Assembly (NCBI RefSeq): GCF_006345805.1 | Contig: NC_043003.1 | Span: forward strand, 73,594,001 to 73,658,000 | Source: Octopus sinensis | Taxonomy: Eukaryota | DNA length: 64,000 nt | Direction: 5' to 3' | Shown here: positions 41,690-55,111 of the stretch, in pieces | How the letters are laid out: every line of letters starts with the position of its first letter | How positions within the stretch are numbered: position 1 is the first letter of the stretch | Translations under genes and position numbers: made by a program | Notes under the pieces: model-generated | What the model saw: only the letters and a program-made list of their open reading frames with translations | What the model was told of the DNA's origin: nothing | The model's database searches: none

Positions 41690-42830
41690 TTTCTTCATCT
41701 AGCCGAACTTGTTCTCTCCCTCAACTGCTTCTCGTTCGCGGGGGTCTTTTATCAACATGTTCTCGGAAGTGGCCACTGGAACGAGAATGGACTCCAGCTA
41801 TGCGAACCTGTTCGTTGGATAATATGAGGCCCAAATATTCTCACGATTCACTAATCCCGAACTATACGGTCGTTATATCGATGACTGTATCGGTGCAACC
41901 GTACTCTCCCGCGAACAACTAAACTTCTTCCTCTCTTTTGTCCAATCCTTCTATCATGCCGTCGAATTCTCCTGCACTATTTCTAACTCCTCCGTCGCAT
42001 TTCATGACATTTCTGTGAGTATACACCACTCCTCTCTCACTACCTCCATCCACTACAAACACACCGATTCACATTCCTACCTTAAATTTTCCTCCTCCAA
42101 CACTACCCACACCAAGCTCTCCATCCCAACTCCCAATTCCTCCGACTGCGCAGGCTCTGCTATAAAAACCATGACTCAGTCTCAAGTCTTGGGTCGCCAC
42201 TTCATCCATCGTGGATATCCCCTCACCACTAACCACACTGCCCTTGCCGGAGCATGCTCCGTGGACAGTGCTTCTGCGCTTTCGCTCCGCACCCGCCTCC
42301 CCGTCTTCCGTTTCCCCTCGTTTGCCAGTCCCTACACTCTACCCCCGCAACACACCATCTCTGAGTATTACGGTAACCCTAGTCTGAAAACTCCACCTCG
42401 TACATCTTCCCCGCTTCAAACGAGCCCACAATTTGCGTGACCTTCTGGTCTAAAGTTTCTTCCGCAACCCCACCTACCGGCCTGGCTCAATACCCTGCTC
42501 CCACCCATGCTGCCGTACTTGCCCCTACCTCTCCAACACCACCCTCCTCACTGGCACCCATCATCGTCCCTATCACATCACCGACTCCTTTCTACTCTTC
42601 CCTATACATCGCTCAAACGGGACGCAGCTTAGCTGACCGGTTGGCGGATCACCTCCGAGACATCCGACACGGCAACGACACCCCGTTCTCGCGCCATTCC
42701 CGCTCTACCGGTTATTTACCACAACATTTGTCTATGTTCGGGCTGTTTTTGCACAGGGCCATCCAGACTCCTACCTGTACCGTGAACGGCAATTAATCCT
42801 CTCTCTTCTCTCCTTTTGCGTCACATGGGC
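41690..42830 (+). mobile_element. Penelope-like element RT + GIY-YIG pseudogene
   Basis: SYANLFVG, PELYGRYIDDCIG (41874-41885 = YIDD), YKHTDSHSYL, and GIY-YIG-like YIAQTGRSLADRLADH; frameshifted. Confidence 0.9.
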
Positions 42831-43372
42831 TCAATTCCTCTCCTTTCTTCATCTGACTTGTCCCTCCGCTCTTCCTCCGACACCCAGTTCCTCTTTTCAC
42901 TCCTACCAACTTCCTCTCTTCCTTCATATGTGTGTCTACATGTGCGTTACTATTGCATGTGTGTATGCATTTATGTAGATATACCTGTCTTTATATGCAT
43001 GCGCTTGCAAACTTACTGAAGAATCTAACATTTGTTAGATGCATTTTGGGAACGCCAACTTCCAAATCATTTCTCTCTCTCCCTCTCTCTCTCTCGCTAT
43101 CTATTTTTCTCTTTCTAATTTTCTCTCTCTCATTTTTTTCTTTCTTCCACTGCTTCTATTTTCTTCTCTTTCTTTCTGTCACCCCTTATTATTCTCTGCT
43201 TTGTTTTCTCTCGCTTGTAACAAGTTGTATATTTAGAAATACACACGGATTATTTTCATGTGTGCATAACTACGTACGTGGATACCTATGTATGCCTTAC
43301 TGTATACATATGTTTAGCCTGTATTTGTTTGTATATGTATGTAGGCATGTACCACCGTTTGTATGTTTAGTG

Positions 43373-43412
<40 letters not shown>

Positions 43413-43808
43413 TTTTATGGTATTTGTATTATTACTAAATGTATATGCTTTTTTAATAATGTTACTCCTTGTAAATGTTATTTTAAATGGACGTGTCTTT
43501 TAATTTAAATTTATCATTTTACCATTAATTAATTTATCCCCAGTATACAGGATTTTTTTTTACTTCTACTAGAGTTAATTTTTGATTAAAGTGTTTCTTC
43601 AATTTTAAATAACATGGTTTTTAATCGTAATTTTTTTATTTCATACAACCGGTTATTTAAAAGACCGTTAGTTGAAAAGGACTAATGAAACGAAACCACT
43701 TTCAAACGTGTATCTATAAACGTAATAGTGTATTTATAAATATAAATATAACCTTATTTTTTTCCATTCTGAACCCGAACTGTTTTTGTGATGTCTTTGG
43801 AGCTCTAT

Positions 43809-43853
<45 letters not shown>

Positions 43854-43904
43854 ATTTATGTATATATATATATGTTGTATTTTTCTTTCATTTCTTTCAA
43901 TCAT

Positions 43905-44035
43905 TTGACAGTTGCCATGATGGAGCACCGCCTTTAGTCAAACAAATCGACCCCTGGACTTATTCTTTGTAAACCTAGTAATTATTTTATCGGTCTCTTT
44001 GGCCTAACCGCTAAGTTACGGGGACTACACATACC
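43905..44035 (-). mobile_element. SINE 3' fragment
   Basis: Homologous to 36400-36590. Confidence 0.6.
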
Positions 44036-44583
44036 ATATCAGAAGTCTAGTAATGAGATGAAGAAAGTTGATATTCTAATGAAATTATGTTTCAATTCAC
44101 AAAAAATACAAATTATAATGTGAGAATTTATTGTGAGTTTGTTAAAATCTAACTAAGGTAAATTTGCGATTGTTTGACGAGGGTAACATTTGTGCACTTC
44201 TATCTACGTGATTTGTACTTTGAAAAATCCTTATTTGGAAAATACTTAAATACTTTTCTAAATTAATTTGCGTATTCTATTGCTAATTCATTTCCGAGAT
44301 TTAATAACCTACTATTAGAAGTAAAGATATGGAATATTGCTTCCAAGGATAAATTTCATTTCGAATTCTCAGTACTATTCGGTGACACGCAACAAATAGT
44401 TGCCCGTTTAACGTTATATTTAGTGTCCTTATAATTCAAAGTCAAGAAAAACACACTCAAACAGGTATAATATATTTTATCCCTATATTTTGAACGAGGA
44501 ATGCTGGCTACGTAATTTTTTAAAACCAGAAGCTCGTGACCCCATGTGATAATTAAAAATACCATCAGCTGTTATTTTCTGTA

Positions 44584-45913
44584 TCTATAAAAGGTATGAT
44601 GTGTGTGTGTGTGCGTGATTGTAATTTATACACGTCCACAAATTAGCACGCATGTCGCTCCAAGTTTAGGAGAACATTCGTCAACATCCTAACTGGGGTG
44701 TTTTTACTTATTTTTGCCGAGGCACCCGCGGATAGTGGTAAAAAAAACTATTTCAGCCATAGCTTTTAGCGGTAAAAATCTATTTTCAGCCATAGATTTT
44801 ACCAATTTTGAAGGTTGTAAACATCAGTTAAGTCCCTTCTAGCCATAGACAAGCGACAGTGTGTGTGTGAGGAGAGAGAGAAGTTGTGTGTTGATGTATG
44901 TGTGTATGTGTGTGTGTGTGTGAGGGAGAGAGAGTTTTTCGCAACTTCCAACAAGAATAGTAACGAAAAAGTATGTGTAAGGAAGAGTGGGAGATAGTTT
45001 GACAGCGTCTAACCAAAAAAAAGTAAGGTAAAGAAAAGTGGAAGAGGCTGAGGGTTTGACAGCGTCTAAACAAAAAAAGGGAAAGGCAAAGTTCAAGACA
45101 GAGAGAGAGGGAGAGAGGGAGAGGGAGAGAGAGAGTAACTGACGACGTTCATAAAAAATATAATGTAAAATGTTTTGTTTTTTCTAAGACGTGAGATATA
45201 TTGTTCAAATTTAAGATGCTTTTGAAAGACACTATATATTATAATCATAGTATATATACTTTCTCACACAACAATTACAATATATTTATTTTAAATCGTT
45301 CATCTTTCTCCCCCCTCTCTCTTACACAACATTACTTTGGGAGTGAAAGAGTTTTGTTTTTATTTTACACCGAGTAAAAAAGTGTTTTGTTGAGAATCTA
45401 TGTATTTAAAAACAAAGAAACAAATAGGTAGGTAACAGTTTGTCAGTGACTTACACAATATAAATGGGTACAATTTCTACACCCCACTCCGATTCACGGA
45501 CCACAAAAATGGTTTTGTAGCATATTAGGGGGCCAGAGTAGTTGCTTCCACGTAAAAAAAATTTTTTTCTTAATGTAAATCATGCGAGTGTTAATCTACA
45601 AATTTACCAACATTTGTTTCATTCATTTCTGTTTATGAACATGTATTCGTGCACAAAACATGCAATAGGTGTACGTACGTACGTGTGTGAATGAGTGTTC
45701 GTGTGTGTCGTTCATATATATTTATAACATACTATATTATATATATGATATATTTTTTTCTCCTTGTTTCTCGCCTTTCTTTTTTCTGTGTCCCCTTCTG
45801 TAGGCTAGAAACGTAAAATACTTTCTTTCTATTCTTGAGCGTTATACTAATACATCTGTTTGTTTTGTACATCACCTGTCTTCGCCTTTTGTTTTTTCGT
45901 AAACTCTCCTTAT

Positions 45914-45981
<68 letters not shown>

Positions 45982-46103
45982 CCTATTTCAATGGATTTCG
46001 CCCAAATTTGACGTCGATATTGCTTAGTTTAGTTGGAAATAAAGAACTTGATTAGCTTAATAATCGTAACTTAATCCCGGGCAAGGCCGTGTTATACTGC
46101 TAG
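44584..46103 (+). mobile_element. Putative non-autonomous Helitron
   Basis: 5' A|TCTATAAAAGG followed by (GT)n. 3' GC-rich imperfect hairpin cccgggcaaggccgtg then CTAG|T. The pairing of the two ends is inferred. Confidence 0.6.
45755..45915 (+). mobile_element. PLE-type 3' end fragment (related copy at 3620-3715)
   Basis: Shared tgagcg(c/t)tatactaatacat...gtcttc...taaact; contains a decayed ttctg...gaaacgt motif. Confidence 0.45.
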
Positions 46104-46639
46104 TACATATATAAAGTAGAATTTTCTGAGGCATTGACTCAAAGTGGACGTACCAATTTGCTCTTGAAGTTAGAACAATGTAGTTTGGGCTCAGTTAACC
46201 TCCTTTCACAATCCTCCGTACGTTCTTTGTATGATCCCTATCACTCTATGTAGTTAACCAGATCTGGATTATATTAGTGTGCTTATAAGTTACCTGGTAT
46301 GATTCCAAATCACTATTTCCTTACACACACACACACACAACACACACACAAACACACAGCCACAGGCACGCACACATACACACACACACACACGTTAATA
46401 TAATCTTATACAAACCTTGAAGTTCTTTCTCAAGCATTTCTTCGATTATCGGCCACCATATGAAACCATGACAGTCACTGGATATACGTATGAAATCCGA
46501 AAATATCCATAGAGAATATACAAAAAAATTAATATCAGAAAATGGATTGAATAGGCTATATTACAAATCACTACAAGTGTTTCAACGGCCTATTGTCAGC
46601 ACTCCATTGTTGAATATTAGAAATACTTTTTTTTAAAAT

Positions 46640-47140
46640 TTTATTTTATTCAGTTTCAGCTCACAAGCTGTGGTTATGCTGGGGCACTGCCATTTGGTGT
46701 TGCTACATGATTTTACTTCACGAATGCTTTTTAGCAAATACCATCAGGTGCATGAGAGAGTTCGATGCAGCTACCCTCATCTGCACCTTCTGCCGTGAAG
46801 TTGGTTCATCTGGGACACCTGACAAGAAGAGATCCAGTTTCATTTTACAGACATCTGCATCCACCCGATGCAGATCTCTTAGGTTCTTCGGGAGGATACT
46901 GAAGAGCTGTGGGCCTCGGAAGCCCAGGCTATCACAGTATCTTGTCCTACATCTTGATGGCAAATTTGGAGTCCTTGGCACTATGCAGTGGCGCCCAGTT
47001 CTGGCATTTGTGTAACTCTCGATGCCAAAGTTTGGAACAAGTCCTTTTAGAATCTTCCAGATGTATATTGTGGCATAACTTTCTCGCAAGTATCTACCTA
47101 TACTTGCAACAAAATTTGTTTTCATCCCGAATGCCAATAT
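46640..47140 (-). mobile_element. CR1/L2-group LINE 3' fragment
   Basis: ORF 46718-47137: YATIYIWKILKGLVPN...RGPQLFSILP...KLDLFLSGVPDEP...SNSL. Confidence 0.8.
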
Positions 47141-47149
47141 TATGTAATG

Positions 47150-47380
47150 GGCTATTAGCCCATTACATAATTCAGGATGAAAACAGATTCACTGCAACAC
47201 AATTTCTATCCCTCAACAAGTAATGTTCTATTTAAAATTTTCCCAACGGAGATCAAAGGAAAATATTTCATCACCTTCAAGCGAAACCTGGAAAATTCCT
47301 TCAAGGGATACCAGATATCTACCTATACCTGGATACAACTCAGCCAACAACAACTCTCTACATGAGTAGGATATGATACC
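47150..47380 (+). mobile_element. Second, divergent CR1-like 3' fragment
   Basis: Frameshifted ...PTEIK...TFKRNLEN...IPDI...NNSL, similar to the C-terminus of 46718-47137. Confidence 0.5.
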
Positions 47381-47778
47381 ACAAAGCTTGATTTAGAAAT
47401 AACTTAACAAATCTAAAATTTGATTGCAAATATCTTCTGCATATCCATTGAATAAGATTTGAGTATACTCTGATATAAATATATATATTTATATAATTTC
47501 AACAATGGAGGGTAAAATTAATTAATTAATCAATTTCACCAAGTATTCAGTATGCAAAGGGACCATTTAAGGCGAATTCAAATTATTACATTATATAAAA
47601 GGGCTTAGTAAAATAAATTACTTTGCCGCATACAGAACTCATTAGAAATAGCAGCTAAAAAAACTTTTATAAAACTATTTCTAATACGTAAAGAAAACCT
47701 CTCTCATATAGTGTTTGCTCAATTCAACTCACGAAAGTATGGGGGAGAGACATTAAAAAATCAAATGCAAAGGTTATT

Positions 47779-47831
47779 TGAGAACGTACGTTTCAAGATT
47801 AGTCAAAATCGACATTTCTATCATCAGCTCA
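47779..47831 (-). ncRNA. Type I hammerhead motif, copy 1
   Basis: - strand TGAG-CTGATGA-tagaaatg-TCGATT ttgact AATCTT-GAAA-CGTACG-TT-CTCA; base of helix II mismatched. Confidence 0.55.
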
Positions 47832-48372
47832 GAACTCCCTGGTTTGGATTTGAAAACACTGAAAGTAGGAGCATACCCTTCGGCTTCTTATCGCTTCTGA
47901 AGATCCGCTCGAAACTAACAGTGCCAGCAAACTCAAATATGCAAGCGAAGAATTTCTGCTCTCCCCTTTCCACCAGCGTGGGTTAAATCAGTAAACACTA
48001 TGCTTTTTTCGGTAAAATCCGAGCATTTAAATAGAGAGAGATGAATTATAATTTCAACAATTGAGGGTAAAATTAATTAATTAATCAATTTCACCAAGTA
48101 TTCAGTATGCAAAGGGACCATTTAAGGCGAATTCAAATTATTACATTATATAAAAGGGCTTAGTAAAATAAATTACTTTGCCGCATACTGAACTCATTAG
48201 AAATAGCAGCTAAAAAAACTTTTATAAAACTATTTCTAATACTTAAAGAAAACCTCTCTCATATAGTGTTTGCTCAATTCAACTCACGAAAGTATGGGGG
48301 TAGAGACCATTTCTAATGCTATTTCTAATGAGTTCAGTATGCGGCAAAGTAATTTATTTTACTAAGCCCTTC

Positions 48373-48425
48373 TGAGCTGATGATAGAAATGAAGATTTTG
48401 ACTAATCTTGAAACGTACGTTCTCA
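48373..48425 (+). ncRNA. Type I hammerhead motif, copy 2
   Basis: TGAG-CTGATGA-tagaaatg-AAGATT ttgact AATCTT-GAAA-CGTACG-TT-CTCA. Helix I 4 bp, helix II 6 bp, palindromic AACGTACGTT helix III, GUU site. Confidence 0.65.
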
Positions 48426-48608
48426 AATAACCTTTGCATTTGATTTTTTAATGTCTCTACCCCCATACTTTCGTGAGTTGAATTGGGCAAACACTATATG
48501 AGAGAGGTTTTCTTTAAGTATTAGAAATAGTTTTATAAAATTTTTTTAGCTGCTATTTCTAATGAGTTCAGTATGCGGCAAAGTAATTATTTTACTAAGC
48601 CCTTTTAA

Positions 48609-48653
<45 letters not shown>

Positions 48654-48712
48654 GTATGTATATATGTATGTATATATGTATGTATATATATATAATATAT
48701 ATACTTATATAT

Positions 48713-48752
<40 letters not shown>

Positions 48753-48753
48753 T

Positions 48754-48920
48754 ACGACAGGATTCTTTCAGTTTCCGTCTACCAAACCCACTCACAAGGC
48801 ATTGGTTGGCCTGAGGCTATAGCAGAAGACACTTGCCCAAGATGCCATGCAGTGGGACTGAACCCGCAACCATGTGGTTGGTTAGCAAGCTACTTACCAC
48901 ACAGCCACTCTTGCGCCTAT
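48754..48920 (-). mobile_element. tRNA-derived SINE with CORE-like block
   Basis: - strand ataggcgcaagagtggctgtgtggtaag ... ggttcagtcccac ... cttgggcaagtgtcttc. Confidence 0.85.
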
Positions 48921-48933
48921 ATATATATGTATG

Positions 48934-48979
<46 letters not shown>

Positions 48980-49083
48980 ATATACACATATATACATACA
49001 TATATATATATATGTGTATATGTATATACATATACATATATATGCATATATATATATATATGTATATATATATAATATATAAC

Positions 49084-49122
<39 letters not shown>

Positions 49123-50538
49123 AACACATATACATATATACATATGCATATACATACACACACAGGTACTCACATACACATATCTATGTATTCCACGGGA
49201 AAAGCTGAGTATTTATGTGACCTAAAAAATGTTTGTTTAATTATTAAAACCCATCATTTTTGTCTGGGGTTTGCAGATACAAAGATGTGGACGGAAGCCT
49301 TATTGCAAGTACAGAAGTCATTATCTGAATGTTTCCCTATCTCTCTCTCTCTCTCATTGTATATAAATATATGTGCGTGTCTGTGTGTATGTGTGTGTGT
49401 GTGAAGTATATGTGCAGATATCTTAAGTTGCTTTAATATTCCTTCTCTCGACTCAATTATATGCCCCTAGGTGCGATTCTGACAAAAGAAACTAAAGGAT
49501 ACGTGAATGACAGATGTATTTAATTTTATAGAATTTGTGAATACATGTCTGACATACAAACATACGTACATGCATATATACATACATACATATATACATT
49601 CACATATATTTTACATATATAAATACACACACACACATATATACATATATACATACACACACACACACACACACACATACACACACACATATATATATAT
49701 ATATTGACTTTTAAACATTTCTGTAATCTTTAGTTGTGTCTATTTTAAAATTTCTATCTCAAAATATGTTGCATTTTTCATTTCTTCTCTTTAATTCCAG
49801 TCAAGAAATCTCATTACCCTCCCCAACGACCTTTCAATTTACACATACACATACACATACACTCACATACACACATAATCACACACATCTTCTTGTATGT
49901 ATATATATATATATATACACACACGTACATATACGTATACATATGTATATTCTTATATACATGGATATATATGTCTATATATAAGCTTATATATATATAC
50001 GCATATGATGGTATACATATGCATACACATATAGCCATATATATACATATATATATACACACGCTCCCCCCACACACATATATATACATATTTACAGAGA
50101 GAGATAGAGAGAGAGAGAAGGAGAGAGAGAATGAGAGAGTGGTCTTTGGTGTGGGGAAGGAGTCTTGTTGGTGGGTATGCTACGAAGAAATGAAAAATGT
50201 AACTATTATTTTGAGGAACAAATTAAAAATTATGGAAAGGAATAGACACAACTAAAGATTAGAGAAATTAAATAACGTCAAAAACTATTGGCAGAATAAA
50301 GTGGAATGGTGAAAACTATTTTCTAATCATGATAAGAACTTCGTGTGAGAAAAATTGATAGATTCTAAATTGATACAATTGGATGAAAATTAGTAACAGA
50401 TAACGAGAAAGAGACGGTGAAGTACAGATATATTACGATAAAACTCGCAGCTTTAAGAGAGTAATTTATGTCTATATATGCAATTATATACTCATATATA
50501 TTTTTATGCATAGATGCATACATATATAAATATATATG

Positions 50539-50572
<34 letters not shown>

Positions 50573-53500
50573 ATATTATATATATATATATGTGTGTGTG
50601 TGTTTATATGTATATGTATATATATGTATATACATATGTACATATATATATATATACATACAAACTTGCACACAATCGTATGCACAACTAGATACATCAC
50701 TAAGTACAGACACGTTCAAACACACATACATAGTCACACACATGTGTATATATATTTATACACGTATATATATTTATACACGTAGTTTTATATGCATACA
50801 TGCAAATGGGCGTGTGTTTGTTTGTGTGTGTGTGAGTTCGTTGTGTATGTATATGTATAACTAAATATAATACGTAATTTCAACGTTTCTCTTGTCTGTA
50901 AATTATCAGATTATTATAGACGCAGTGATTCTCGCACAAATACTTGGTGATACTTGCCGTCAACATTACTGTACAAGCGTAGATTGACAAATATATTTTT
51001 AAAACAATCATTCATAGTTAGACAGTTGAGTAGATCTATGGAACTAGCTGTCATCGAGCCATATATCCTGCTTTACTAGTTGCTGGATAACCATACTATA
51101 TGATTAGTCAGATAGCAGTCAGAAAGGAACAGAAAATTAATTATTTTATTTAGTACATGAATGTTCCATTACTCCGGCTCCGAATTAATTCCATTAAATA
51201 CACATTGGGGGAAGACTGGAAATATATCCGCCGGCTTTAGTGTTTCAACATACGAATATAATTGCAGATATCCATTATGTAGTAATTGTTATATTTTTGT
51301 TTTTCTTGACTAACTACAATATCTCTATTACAATAACCTTATTTTGACCAGGTACGAATTCTCTATAGGGTTGGTTACGGAGAGTATTGTACTTGGTATC
51401 CTTCGTAACGTTTCCATAAGAATTATGATTATTCAATTGTCAGAAATAGATTTGAAACGAAGCAACATTCACCAAGGGATTACTACTTAGAGCGAGGTGT
51501 TTGTTTCTATTTAGTAATACTTTTATCGGAGTCAAATCAGGTGGATTGCGTGGCTTGTCATTGACGCAATTTGTGTCACGTACTGATTCTTTGTATTAAG
51601 AGCTTATAATTGGAAAATGCTGATATAGAAATAACAGGTGTTCTATAAACTTACAGTTGTTTCTTGAAACCATAAAATGTTAATGAGAAATTAGCATTGG
51701 ACTACATTTTCTTGCTCAAAAATGCGCAACACGAATATGGAGTAATCTATTGTGGCTAAATCACTCATGAATATTATAAATATAATCATCGAGGAACAGT
51801 CGCTCTTTGAGCTCATTATTTAAACCTCGGGGAAATAATAACAGTAAAATAATATGCTAATATATACAGGATTTGAACATAATGATTATTGTTTTCTAGT
51901 CCAAAGTTTGTTATTAAACGACTAGTGATTCTTAATAATGAGTAAAGTTAAATTCATGGAAAGAATTCAACAAATGTAAACCCCTCTGGATGTAGAAGGT
52001 TTTCATTCCCTACAATTTATTCCAGCGTCTCCAGTGTCAGACACCAAACTTTATGCTATTGGGGATCACTCTAATTGGCAATATTCACGGTAGAGTATCT
52101 AATTGCTGGCAAACTGTCTGTAAATAAAGGCTATATCGCGTACATCTGAAACTAAGAACATGAAATCCAAGACTCTAAATAACCTTTCATAGTTTAGATA
52201 TATCAATACAGCATACAAGTAGGATTCTTAGAATATTGCCCAATATGTCCGTGGTATTTATGTAAGACTGTCTAACTTTTAGGTTCAATTCTCAACGAAA
52301 TCAACTATGCTTTTCGCTTTTCATAGGTTCAAAAATTTATTTTTAAAAACCATTGAAATACTAAGATTATTTTCATATTAACCAATTACATTTTTATATA
52401 CGAATGAAATTCGAATAGAAGCCAGACGAACTTGGTTAAACAATATCAGCAAGACGAGGACAACAACAAAAACAACAAGGACAATGACTTGAACAACAAC
52501 AATAACTGCGATGACAAATATTCCACATTTGAAAATTCTTCTATAAGAAAGAAAATTCTTCTATAAGAAAGAAAAAAAACACGAAATGAAAGCAAATAAC
52601 AATGGATATGATGGCATTTCTATATTTAATCTTGTATTCTTAAATCCGAAACTAATCTTATTCGAAAATCAGCAAAAGGATTTTAATGGATTCTCTGAAA
52701 TGATTTGGCTTCTATTCGTATTAGCAATGTATATAAAAATAATTGATCAAATCGTACATACATATACACACACTTATATAACTATATTAATTTAAGAAAA
52801 AAAAACTTACACTAGGCATTCAATTTCTTGTGAAAGATTTTTAATGTTGATGCTTATATACAAGTGGATGTACATACACACTCAGCGTGTGTATATTGTA
52901 GTGTGCTTTTACGCTAAACATATACATGGACATTAGCATTTTCTTGTTTGTAACTACATTTCATCTAGCAATATAGTTATGTGTTGTTGTCAATAAGAAA
53001 TATACTTTAGAAAAAATATGTAAACTCATATACTTAAAATATATTATACACACATCTGTATGCAAGCGTAGGCGTACAAACAAACACATGATATTAAAGT
53101 CATTGAGCCCAGTTATTTTCAATACCGAGACAACAATGAGGTATTTATTTTCAATTTCTGATATTTTGTGTATACGTAGTATCAAAATGAAAATATATCT
53201 GCTACGTAATAAAACAAAACACAAAGCGCCATCAAAATAATTTCGTACGTTTATCCTCAGCTCATTGTAACATACATACTTTTCATGTCAATTCATATTA
53301 GCAAAGTCTCTTACTTCCACTTTACCTACATTTTAACGAACTATGTTTCTCAGTAGCAACAACTAAATAACAGCTTCTTACCTCTATCATCTGCGCCATC
53401 GTTCCCTTCACTTATCTAATGCTTCCATTTTTTTAGATTCTAGCAAAATCTTACATGTTACACGAAAAGACGTAGATTCCAATCAAAATACATTTTTTAG

Positions 53501-53829
53501 GAAGAAAAAATATTGAGATCAGATAGCGATGTTGAATATCATAAATATTTGATCTAAATTGAGACTTAAAATTCGCCGCTGTCATAACATCTTTCATCAA
53601 AATTTACATATTTGAACTTATTTAATTCAATGTCTTCATTTAAAAAAAAAAACACAGCCAATATATATTTCATGTAGTGCGTTTAATACATAAGGTTATG
53701 TAAGAGAAAACAAATTTGAATTAATGCATAAATTTCGGTCTTGACATATATTTTCAAACTCCTGATACACTTTTGTAAATCTTCAATAAACAGAGCTCAT
53801 ACCAATCTTCATTACACAGAGCTTATATA

Positions 53830-55111
53830 TCAGGTCATCCCATAAGTTCTGTCCGAATTTGGAATAAAGAAAACAAGTGATCAAGTGTTATATTTAATCA
53901 AAATTTAATCAGCAATGCACTTTCCCTAACTATCTATGACTTCCTTCCATCTATTTAAAAGCTTTTTAATCCCATCAATGTCAAACTCGTTTGGTTTCAA
54001 AGCGATGAACTCTGAAATGTCAGTTTCGACCTCCTCCTGGCTTGCGAAAGTTATGTCCCCAAAATGATTCTGTAAATTACGAAACAAATGGTAGTCTGAA
54101 AGAGCAAGATCGGGAGAGTAAGGTGGATGAGGAATATTTTCCCAACCAAGCTCTTCGATCTTCTGTGATGTGATCTTTGCAGTGTGGGGCCGCGCATTGT
54201 CCTGATGAAACATAACTCCATTTCGATTGACTAAAGCGGGCATTTTTTCTTCAAAGCTTGGTTCAAGCGCTCTAACTGCTGATAGTAGACTTGAGCATTG
54301 ATTGCCGCATTAGGTAGTAACAATTCAAAGAGAATTACTCCTTTGCAATCCCACCAGATAGAAAGAAGAACACTTTTTCCATGAACTTCCGTTCTCAATT
54401 GTGATTGAGCTTTTTCTCTTTTACCAAGCCACTGTTTACGACGTTTAATATTTCGATAGATGATCCATTTTTCCTCACCAGTCATAAGACTATCCAAAAA
54501 GGGTGAAATGAGTTTGCGGGAATGGAAAGAAGAGCAGATGACAACTCGAGATTTGTGGGTGCTTTCGAACAATTCATGAGGCACCCATTTTCCAAGTTTA
54601 GGAACCTTTCCAAGTTGTTGAAGATGATGATGAACAGTTGTATGATTTGAACTAAGAGTTATTGCCAATTATTCAAATGATAACGCAGGATTTTCTTCAA
54701 GTAATACCTCAAGAAGCTTATCATCAAACTCAAATGGACATCCTGTTCGATCTTCGTCTTCAAGGCTGAAATCTCCACTTCTGAATTTTGCAAACTATCT
54801 TCTGCAAGTGCTTGCCTTCAAGCATTCTTTCCCATAATCTGAGTGTATGTTACGAGTGGCTTCGGCTGCCGAATTTCCTATTTTGTACTCATAAATCATT
54901 ATGTGCCTTAAATACTATTTGGGTAATTCCATGTGTGAAAGGGTTTTAACCCAAGAAATTTTAATTCCATTATTCTGTAATTAATATTTAGTTAGTTCAA
55001 ATGTACACAAATGCATAAAAAATTATAATTACATTAGACATTCTAAAATACTATTAAGTTTCATTCAATTTTAAAAAGGTAAAATCGGACTGAACTTATG
55101 GGATGACCGGA
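53830..55111 (-). mobile_element. Full-length (1282 bp) DD34D mariner, inactivated
   Basis: 31-bp TIRs tcaggtcatcccataagttctgtccgaattt / tccggtcatcccataagttcagtccgatttt, TA on both sides; WVPHEL and YSPDL motifs. Confidence 0.95.
53905..54932 (-). pseudogene. Mariner transposase pseudogene
   Basis: ATG at 54932; several in-frame stops; frameshift near 54240; TGEEKW replaces TGDEKW; QDN...SD spacing is 34. Confidence 0.92.

Larger units (their letters stand above)
47492..48610. mobile_element. PLE-type pLTR cluster: direct repeat plus inverted copies
   Basis: 47492-47750 repeated directly at 48047-48307 (period 555). 48318-48370 and 48371-48607 are inverted copies of parts of 47600-47835. 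Confidence 0.8.

Noticed and set aside
43680-43720. ctaatga...tcaaacgtgt hammerhead-like remnant
   Set aside because: Both core boxes are mutated; too degenerate to support
47890-47930. CTGAAGA-tccgctc-GAAA hammerhead-like motif on the + strand
   Set aside because: Helix II cannot pair and the cleavage position would be G
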